Source of the DNA: Azolla caroliniana
Lineage: Eukaryota > Plantae > Polypodiophyta
Direction: 5' to 3'
DNA: 64,000 bases
NCBI GenBank assembly: GCA_043228905.1
Contig: JBHGNT010000012.1
Span: 5,518,001 to 5,582,000 of the forward strand
Position numbers and translations under genes: made by a program. The notes under the pieces are model-generated. The model ran no database searches. It saw nothing but the letters and a program-made list of their open reading frames with translations, and was not told the DNA's origin. Of the stretch, positions 52,901-62,081 are shown in pieces. Position 1 is the first letter of the stretch; every line of letters begins with the position of its first letter.

Positions 52901-54991
52901 ACAAGTGGGTGTTCAAGCTGAAACCGGGAGATGCCGGAAACCCCCCGAGATACAAAGCCAGGATCGTGGTGAAGGGGTTTTAGCAGAAGAAGGGCGTCGA
53001 CTTCGACGAGATATTTGCCGCGGTAGTGAAGATGACCTCCATCCGGACGGTGCTGAGCATAGCGGCAAGCATGGACCTCGAGGTAGAACAGATGGACGTG
53101 AAGACGGCATTCCTTCACGGTGACCTCGAAGAAGAGATCTACATGCAGCAACCGGAAGGATTCGAGAAGAAAGGGAAGGAGCACCTGGTATGCCGGTTGA
53201 AGAAGAGCCTTTACGGACTGAAGCAGGCTCCCCGGCAATGGTACCGGAAGTTCGACTCCTTCATGACCAACGAAGGGTACCTCAAAACGCAGTCTGACCA
53301 CTGCGTGTTTGTGAAGAAATTCGAAGGAGGAGACTTTCTAATACTCCTCCTGTACGTGGACGACATGTTGATCGTCGGACGGGACCAGGTCAAGATACGG
53401 ATGCTGAAGAAGGCTCTTCACCGAACCTTCTCAATGAAGGACTTGGGTCCGGCGAGACAAATACTAGGGATGCACATCATCCGGGACCGGAGCAAGAAGC
53501 AGTTGTGGCTGTCACAGGAGAAGTACGTGACAAAGGTGCTTCAACGGTTCAACATGTCGGAAGCAAGACCGGTCGGATCAACCCTCCCGGCAAACTGCAA
53601 GCTGTCCAGCAAGCAAAGCCCCAGGACAAAGGCTGAGAAAGAGGACATGATGAAAGTACCATATGCCTCTGCTGTCGGAAGCTTGATGTACGCAATGGTG
53701 TGTACAAGACCAGACATTGGATACGCAGTCGGAGTGGTGAGCCGGTACATGAGCAATCCCGGCAAAGAGCATTGGAACGCGGTCAAGTGGATACTCCGAT
53801 ACCTGAAGGGCACGGCAAACGTGTGCCTCCGATTCGGCTCCGGTAAGCCCGAACTCGACGGCTTCACCGATTCGGATATGTCGGCTGTTGCAGATACCAG
53901 CCGGTCCACATCAGGGTATGTGATGACCTATGCAGGGGGAGCCGTTTCGTGGCAGTCGAGGCTGCAGAAGACGGTTGCGTTGTCAACCACGGAGGCGGAG
54001 TACATGGCAGCTGTTGAAGCCGGCAAGGAAATAATATGGATGAAGGACTTCATTAGAGAGCTCGGGATCCGGCAGGAGGAGTACCGACTCTACTGCGATA
54101 GTCAGAGTGCCATCCACCTTGCAAAGAACACGGCCTACCATTCCCGGACGAAACACATCCAGCGTAGATACCACTGGATCCGGGAAAGGATAGAAGACAA
54201 GGAGTTCGTGCTGACGAAGATCCACACGGACGAGAACGGGTCGGATATGCTGACCAAGGTGCTCACACCCGACAAGCTGGAAGCATGCCGGAAGAGGATC
54301 GGGTTGGAGAGACATCCCATGCCGAAGTGAAGGGGGAGTTTGTTGGGATTTCGGTCCCTCCGGATGGGATGTCCGGAGATGAATGACGGCAAGCCCGGAG
54401 GCTGTTACGGAACCATATGATGAAGAGTACCCGGCATGAAGCCGGATGAAGAGTACCCGGTTGCGGATTCGGATGATGAAGACCCCGGTTACGGAGCCGG
54501 ATGCCGAAGACCCCGGTTACGGAGCCGGATGACGTATGTACCCGGAGAGAGATCCGGATGCGGAGACATATTTGTGAATATGTTTGCCAAGGGCCCTTGA
54601 GGCTATACTTGTAAATAGCCCGAAAGTCATATATGTATAAATATGACTTAGGGCAAACAGTTTATGTTGTTGCTTAATTTTCATGCGAAGTGAGAGCAGC
54701 CGAGAGAGAGAGAGAGAGAGAGAGAGACGAAGAGGTCGACGCCTCTGTGTATTGCCGCCGCCTGTGGCGAAGACAGTGAGCTCAAGGTTGTTGCCTTGTA
54801 GCTTCACCATTGTACATCCCTGTGTATAGTGTGGTTGGAGTCTGAGAACTCCCGTGGTTTTTCCCATTTAGGGTTTTCCACGTAAAATATTCTGTGTACT
54901 CTCTCCTTCTATTGTCTCGTGCATTCTGTATTTCCTGTTTTCCAAGTGTTGATCATATTCCTCGGTTGTGGCCGAGCACTGTTGTGCAACA
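49535..54991 (+). mobile_element. Young full-length Ty1/copia element D (Tnt1/Tork-like): LTR1 49535-50219, PBS 50223-50234, PPT 54324-54338, LTR2 54341-54991
   Basis: LTRs TGTTG...CAACA differ by ~2 substitutions, one 28-bp repeat unit and 6 bp of (GA)n. PBS TGGTATCAGAGC (initiator Met tRNA); PPT GAAGTGAAGGGGGAG. Confidence 0.97.
50251..54330 (+). pseudogene. Copia D gag-pol polyprotein with a single in-frame TAG at 52981-52983
   Basis: One frame throughout: gag, CFHCGKPGHFRKNC knuckle, protease WVVDSGASFH, LWHKRLCH/CTDC, integrase DNGGEY...NGLAERMNRT, RT LYVDDML and RNase H TEAEY/CDSQSAI. The stop falls in KGF*QKKGVDF. Confidence 0.95.
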
Positions 54992-55665
54992 AAGTGGTAT
55001 CAGAGCACCGGTAACACAGAAAATGGAAGGCGGCGGTAGTGGGCCTCTGGGGATGATGGTGCTGAATGCGCAGAATTACGCCGACTGGAAGATCAAGATG
55101 GAGGATCTTCTGATTGTTCGGGACCTGTACGAACCGATTGACAGGTCGGAAATACCGAAGGGGGTACTTGAGTCGGAATGGAGGCTTCTGAACCGGAAAG
55201 CCGTTGCAACCATTCGGCAATACGTCGACGTGAGCGTTCTACAACATGTGGCGAACGACACCAACGCATACGAGATGTGGCGGAAGCTGTCGGGCCTCTA
55301 CGAGAGGAAGAATGCGTTGAACCGGACCTCACTGATGAGGAAGATAGTGAACCTCAAGTACCGGGACGGCGAGAGTATGGTGGAACACGTAAGCACGTTC
55401 ATGGGATTCGTGAACCAGCTTGCGGCGATCAAGTTCCCGTTGGAGGATGCAATGCAAGCCATCATTCTGATGTGTACATTGCCGGAAAGCTAGGAGAACT
55501 TGGTGGTGACTCTCAGCACCTCCTGCACCGAAGATAACTTGTCTCTACAAACGGTAAAGACAAGTATTCTAAATGAAGAAGCGCGTCGGAGAGATAAAGA
55601 ACCGGCCACCGACTCGAAGGCGCTGCTTACCGAATCGGAACGGGGAAGACAATGGTACCGGAGTC
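54992..55665 (+). mobile_element. Second, truncated internal copy of copia D (PBS 54995-55006, gag from 55023) that uses LTR2 as its 5' LTR
   Basis: Near-identical to 50220-50893; TGG-to-TAG at 55491. Ends abruptly at ...ccggagtc, where gypsy C sequence resumes. Confidence 0.95.
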
Positions 55666-57977
55666 GGTCCGCTAGTGTACGATAGTCCTGCGCGAGGTCC
55701 TCGCGTACTGCCACAATGCTTTCCTCATTGAGTTTATAGAACCCTCGGCTGTCTTTCCTCCAATTCTCCCAGTCCACTTGATACGTATGCAATTCCACTG
55801 CTTGTGCAACCCACACCATCCATCCTTTTAATTGCGCTGTAAACCTCTCCCGATTCATTTGCAAAAGGATACGGATGTTGTCTGTTATGGCTTGGCAACG
55901 GTTGCGTGCTTCTTCTACAGATTTCTTGAGGTTTGCAATTTCTTGCTGATTAATTGCCGCCGCTTCCTCATACGTGATCCTCATTCCTGCCCAAAGCTGG
56001 GATTCCTTCGCATGGAGTTCTTCTAGTTTTCCCATTTCATTGTTCAGGCGGATTTCGAGCTGATGCCTTCTCTCCTGTTCTCCCACCAGCTACTTGTTGA
56101 ACCATGCTTTCTTCTTCTCTAATAAGGCCCGGAGTCCCGCGATTGCCGCTTCCGATTTTTTCGCTTCCTCCCGTAATTGGGAATTTTCTTCTTTCGTTTG
56201 GGTGTGTTGTGTTGTCTCCGTTGCGAGTTTCTCTTCAAGGGTCTTCACTGCCTTTCGGCCGTTGGCCCGGATGTCCTTTTCTCTGTCCGAGGATTGGTGA
56301 AGTTCAGCGCGGAGGTGGTCAATCTTTGATTCCGCTAGTTGTACGGCCCGTTTTGCCTTTGAGGCAATGGCGATCTGAGCCTCAATCTCTTCCCTCAGGG
56401 CTTCGACGGCGTTGGTTGTTGGTGGAGCTGCCTGTTGCGCCGTAGTCGCGTTATTTTCCAACTCCGTGATGCGTTCATTGGCATTTTGTAGCTCGGCTTG
56501 GGTCAATTTAACCTTTTTCCAGACATTTTTATTTTTAATCGCCATATCCTTGGTGCCCATACTGACCTTTGCTAGTTCCCTATGAACTTCGACAAGGGCC
56601 ACATTTAATGGGGTAGTTCCATCCCCATTCGGCGTATACCGGCGTTCCTCTGCCTGCCGACGCTGGCTAATTGATCCTCATCGTCGCTTTCCGCCGTTTG
56701 TGTTAATGCGCGCTCGATCATTTGGCGCTCTGCGTGCTCTTCGGCCATTTGTTGTGAGACTTTTATTTGTTGCGTTGCCAAGAATTCCATGAGTTCAAAA
56801 GAGGTTCCGAATTGTAATAGTGCGCTGAACTCATGGACCGTGCTCGGAATGTCCGGATACGCCAGCTCCTCGCTTTTCGCCGTCAATACGGCTTTCCCTC
56901 GCTGTGATTGGGCCGTAATGATCGGCCATAGTTCCCGGATTACTTCGAAGGTGGTGTTGGGCTCCGTAGCTGCGGAGCTGTCGTCCACGGTCGTTGTCTC
57001 CGTAGCTGCAAGTGCGTCTTTAACTAACCCTTGCCCATCTTTCCTGTCCAGTCTCTGCCTTTTCGGCCTCGGGCTTTCCTGTTGTGGTTCAGCTTCCCCT
57101 CCGGTGCCGCTTCCTCGGTGCGCGTAGCCTGCTCTTCCTGCGTTGTTCGCGTGTTTAGCTGGGCGGGTTGGGGTTCATCCTCCCACTCTTTGGTGGCTAA
57201 CTCCGCTAACCTTCGCTTTGCGGATCGAGGCGGCGGCGTGGGCTTGCTGGGATGCGGTGCCGATAGGCCTCAGGGTGGGAATAGTACCATCAGGTATTGT
57301 TGTATGATAGGGTTGAGCTTTTTGCCTCCTTGATACGCGTGCATGCCTTCCCTTAATGCCAGCCTTGTGATGACCCCCCAATCGACTATACGCCCTTCAA
57401 AGGTATCAATGATGATACCTGTCTTCTGCTTGGGCATCCCATATGCGTTTACATGTACGCATCCGACCTCCAATAGGAACTTGGAGATTTCGTGGAAAAA
57501 GGGATCCGGGATCTCCTTCGTTCTATATGCCTTGGCGGATGACGAATATGGACCGAAATATCTCTGTAGGGACTCTGCAGGAGGGATTTCAAAATGCCTT
57601 TTCCCTAGTGATGACATGTCCAACTTTTTCAGGATGGATGAGTTGGTGACCGTGTCGATGTTGAGTTTTGTAGCGATGTCTAGTGCATTAGGGTATGGAG
57701 GAGCCTCAACGACCCTGATGTACCCATCCAAGCGTTTCTCCACGAACCATCGACGCAAGGCGGTAGAGATGAATATCGGCATAGTCGGAATAGGCTCGTG
57801 GCTAGGGGGTGAAGACTGTTGGTTGCGGTGGGCTTGAGCTCTGTGATAGGATGGAGAAGAAGGTGAGGAAGTGGAGTGATGAGAGCGTTGAGAGCTAGAA
57901 GGTTGATTTTTGTATTGTGCAGAAAACCTTCTATTTCCTTCTTTTTGTGGCCTAGGGTTCATTGGTCGGTGAGCCAT
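55666..57977 (-). pseudogene. Additional ORF of gypsy C downstream of pol (coiled-coil rich); probable C-terminal part at 49020-49534
   Basis: ORF pieces 57270-57977, 56605-56988, 56090-56602 and 55666-56086 join through two probable C-to-T stops and two frameshifts. Long E/K/A/Q heptad-like region. Acidic Pro/Thr-rich tail on the other side of the copia D insertion. Confidence 0.7.
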
Positions 57978-58123
57978 CGTGGTGCTGTGTGTTCTTGGTC
58001 TAGAAGTCTTTGCATGCCTTAAGTCCTTTTAATAGCGTTGCTATCTTCTCTTTTTTTTTTTTTTTTCCGTAACGGTTACATACAAGACTATTTTTAGACT
58101 ATAATACAAGTGGGGCCGTCTAC

Positions 58124-61100
58124 TTACTCGGCGGATTCTCCGGCTTTGTCTTGTCCGGCGGGGAACGGGTTAGGTGGCGTAGGTCCCAGATAAGGTTTAA
58201 GGCGAAACCCATTCACTTTCTGTCGTAACACTTCCCCGGCCAGCGTGCCTAGTTGAAACGTGCCTTGTTCTGGTCCTACTATCCAGTACGGGCCTGTCTA
58301 GCAGAATCGTAATTTTCCTGGCATATGCCCCATGCGGGCTTGGAAAACTAATACCACTCTTCCAACCGTAAAATCTTTTTCACGTGCATGCCGGTGTCGG
58401 TCAACGAATGCTTTGCGCCGCCGCTGTTCCTGCTCTAATATGGGCATATTGCGTACCCTTGTTTCTCCTAGCTCTAGTAGTCTCTGTAGCCGTATTTGTG
58501 CAGATTTGCCCTCTGGTAGCCGGGCTCGTATTTGGATCCATAGACTGGGTACCTGGAATTCAATTGGCATCACGGCCTCTAGACCAAATGCCAGCCTGAA
58601 TGGTGTTGATTGTATGCTGCTCTTATAGTTGGTACGGTATGCCCATAACGCGCTATGCAACTTGGTGTCCCAATCCGTCATGTTCTCATTGACTATCTTT
58701 TTGAGGATATTTTGGAGGGTTTTGTTCATGGATTCCGCCAAGCCATTTGCCTGCGGGTAATACGACGTACTTTTCTTGTGTACCACTGCGTAATGTTGGG
58801 TCAGTTCGCTGATGACCGTATTCAGAAAGTGACTCCCTTGGTCACTAATGAGCTCGATAGGGTAGCTGAAACGACACTAGATGTGTTCGTACAGGAATTT
58901 CGACGTGACTACCGTAATATTCTCGCGTAGTGGTTTCGCTTCTACCCACTTCGTGCAGTAATCCGTAGCCACTAGGATGTACTTATTGCCTGTTCGAGCG
59001 GCCGCCGGGGTGAAAGGTCCCACGAAATCTAACCCCCACTTTTGGAAAGGATCTAGTGGCAACACTGGTTGATGTGGCATTCTTGCAACTACTGTGGGTT
59101 GGCCCAGTCATTGGCATAAATCGCACTGCCTGCAATATTCATACGCGTCCTTTTGCGTCGTCGGCCACCACAATCCTGCTTGCCAAATTTTCCGGGCCAT
59201 AACATCACTCGCGTAATGTCCTCCCGCCATACCACAATGGGCTTCGCGTAGAACGGCGACCTTCTCATCCTACCGTATTCCGCACCTCCAGATGCTGTCG
59301 TTGCCCTTGTGGTATAGTATATTTTCCACTAAACAGAAATTCCGACTCCAGACGGCCAACCGTTTTTTCTCATCCGTCTGTAATTGGGGTGGCGGTAACC
59401 CCGTGGTTAGGAAGTAGATCATTTCCATGAGCCACCGGTCCGGGAAGGTCTTTTCCGTTCATTCTGCTAGTGCTGCTACCCGCAAAATGTCTGCATCTAG
59501 AAAGTCATTGTCATCCCTCTGCGCCGTTTCTCCATTATCGAGTCTGCTCAAAAAATCTGCCATTGCGTGTTGCCTACTCGGGCGGTGCTGAATTACAAAG
59601 TCGAATTCTTGAAGCAGCAACATCCATCTCGCCACTTTCCCCGTCAGCGCTTGTTTCTCCACTAGATACAGTAGTGCCGAATGATCCACGTGAAATGTGA
59701 ATTTCCGCCCTAGCAGATAATGCTGGAACTTATTGATGCTGTAGATCATCCCCAACGCCTCACGTTCCATTGTGGAATAGTTACGCTCCGCCGTTGATAA
59801 TTTCCTTCTAGCGTAATACACCGGCCTGTACCAATTCGGCTCCGTGAGGTGCATTAGCACACTTCCTATTGCTATGTCCGAGGCATCTATGAACACGTGG
59901 AATGGCTTCGCCCTAACTGGTGGCTGTACGACGGGTGCCTGCGTTAGCATTACCTTTAGCGCATCATATGCCTTTTCTTCCGTCGCTGTGCATTGGAAGG
60001 GAGTCCGATGAACAGCGGCATGTAATGACATGGTGAAGTCCGCCAAATAGCGTATCATCCGACTGTGCCATCATATTTGTCCTAAAAAACGGTTGAGTGA
60101 TTTCGCGTTTGTCGGCGTTTTCGCTTGGGTAATTGCGGAGATCTTATTCGGATCAACCGCTATCCCTTCCTTGTTGACTATATGGCCGAGGAGAGCTCCG
60201 TTGGTAACGCCGAAGGCACATTTGGCGGGATTCAGGCTTAAGCGTGCGGTGCGACAATGTTCCAGGCACAGTTGCAGATGCGTAAAATGGTCGGATGTTC
60301 TCCCATATACCGCAAAATCATCTAAAAAAACTTGCATGAAGGCTAGAACATATTCCCCAAAAATCTCCGTGATTGTCCGTTGAAATGTCGCCAACGCCGT
60401 CTTTAGCCCAAACATCATGATGACTGCAACATAGATTCCCCAGTCCGTGACAAACGCCGTCTTCTCTTGGTCATCGGGGTGCATGCATACCTGGTTGTAC
60501 CCATTGAAGCCATCTAAAAAACTGTACATGTCATGCCCCGCGACGACGTTGTCGCGAAGTTTCGCGCGTGCGTGGAGAAGGGCGGGACCACGGGGGTCTT
60601 GGACTAGGGAGTGACGGAGCGTAGGAAGTCGTGCTTCACCATTTCCGGGGCATCCCAGAAGCACACCGGAAGCAACCGAAGGGAGAGAGAGAGAGCAGGC
60701 ACGCAATATTAACTCTCGCACACATATGTACATAAGCAAGAAAGAAACACTAAGACACACACACACGCACCAACAGAGACACAAATATGCACAACCCTGT
60801 ATATATTTATGATTACAAGAGTGAGTTACAACTCCGACTCTGAGCCGGAGTGAGGTAGGCTAGGTTGTAATGGCAGTCTGCCGCCAAGCCGCTGTCGGGG
60901 AGCTCTCGGGCTCGTCGCGACGAGCGGGGTCTTGCATAGGAGGCCGAGCTGAAGCAACCTGCAACAGGGAGAGATACAACCCCGGCCGCGAGCCGGGTAT
61001 GCACAGGAGAAGAAGAGTTAACCTAATAGCTTTCCCGCCATAGCTACTGCTCGACTCCTCGAGGAGTAGAAAGAAACGAAGAAGAGAAAGGATGTCGCTA

Positions 61101-62081
61101 ACCCTAGAAAGAAATACAAAACGATATACCCTTAAGACTAAAAAATGGGCAAACCTTCTACAAGGGCCCATCCCCTCCTTTTATAGAACAAGGAGAGGGA
61201 TGCGTTACAATGTGGGATAAATCCCAATTTACATGGGATTCTTCGTCCCGACTTAACTCCTATTATTCACACAATTACACGAGGGTGGGTGCACATGGTG
61301 CACCCCGCCGATGTAGCCAATATTTCCCGGTTTCCGCCTTTGGCCAAAATTCTTCACGACAACGTCCAGTACGCTATCGGTGAAGGGTAAAGGGAATATG
61401 TCCGTAATGGTTACAACGTTTAATTTTCGGTAGTCCACGCATAGCCGTATTTTGCCATTTTTCTTTGGTACGACTACGATCGGGCTTAACCATGTAGCTT
61501 ATTTAACTGGCCGTATGAATCCTGCCTTGAGGAGTTTGTCAATTTCTTCTTTTACACGGGCCGCATAGTTTGGGTTCATGCGGTATCGACGCTGCTGGAC
61601 CGGTTTCGCGTCGGTTGCTAAATTGATCTTATGTTGATAAAACTTCGGATCTAACCCCTTCATGTCCTCGTGGGCCCAGGCGAACACATCTTTATACTTC
61701 TTGAGTAGTGCTATCATCGCATCTCTCTGGTCTGGCCTTAATTCTTTTGTGACGCCGTACCCACGTTTACTTCTTCTAGGGCTGAGGCGATGACTCGCCG
61801 TGAAATTTCCATTTCCCTCTCAAACGCTACCCGTGCTCTGCTGAGTTCTAATATTGACTTCGGGTTTGGTTCGTAAGCCTCATCGTGGAGTGTAGTGGGT
61901 GTGGCATATTCCGTCGTGGTTTCGATGACGTCGATTTCGAACAATGGAATAATCCGAGGGTGCTCGTCTAGGTATGCCTCTAATTCTGTATCATCCACCC
62001 CAACTAACATATTTATATCCTCCGCATATAATGGTGCTATGCCCTTGGGTTGTGTCGCCATTTCGTCTGTTGGTACGCGGA
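58124..62081 (-). pseudogene. Gypsy C pol (RT-RH-INT-GPY/F), with multiple stops, split by solo LTR 60550-61361
   Basis: ORF fragments 61738-62061, 61499-61717, 61253-61438, 60071-60549, 59459-60058, 58877-59080 and 58298-58786. Natural stop at 58124-58126 after VNGFRLKPY...GESAE. Confidence 0.9.
60550..61361 (-). mobile_element. Solo LTR (812 bp) in gypsy C RT
   Basis: Inverted termini TGTCGCGAAG...CTTCACGACA and a 4-bp TSD ACGT. Removal restores DSVLDVVAGHDMYSFLDGF. Confidence 0.92.

Larger units (their letters stand above)
48524..62081 (-). mobile_element. Non-chromovirus Ty3/gypsy element C: 3' LTR from 48524 (~450-490 bp), extra ORF, pol; interrupted by copia D, a solo LTR and element E
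   Basis: Minus-strand LTR with TATA at ~48850. RT (VQQRRYRMNPNY, DYRKLN, FLDDF), RNase H (FIDASDIAIG), integrase ([16 protein letters not shown]) and a GPY/F module. No chromodomain and no extra archaeal-type RNase H seen. Confidence 0.9.

Noticed and set aside
52981-52989. Programmed stop-codon readthrough in copia D
   Set aside because: The stop lies inside conserved RT sequence, not at a gag/pol boundary. The context TAG CAG AAG does not fit the CAR-YYA leaky motif, and a CAG-to-TAG mutation is simpler.
50137-54392. Many antisense and alternate-frame ORFs over copia D
   Set aside because: Expected shadow ORFs in GC-rich coding sequence; no independent motifs.
55490-56086. 198-aa ORF as a genuine gene
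   Set aside because: It is chimeric: the gypsy extra ORF reads across the deletion junction at 55665 into antisense copia gag. ORFs 49020-49586 and 60071-60784 likewise start within inserted LTRs.
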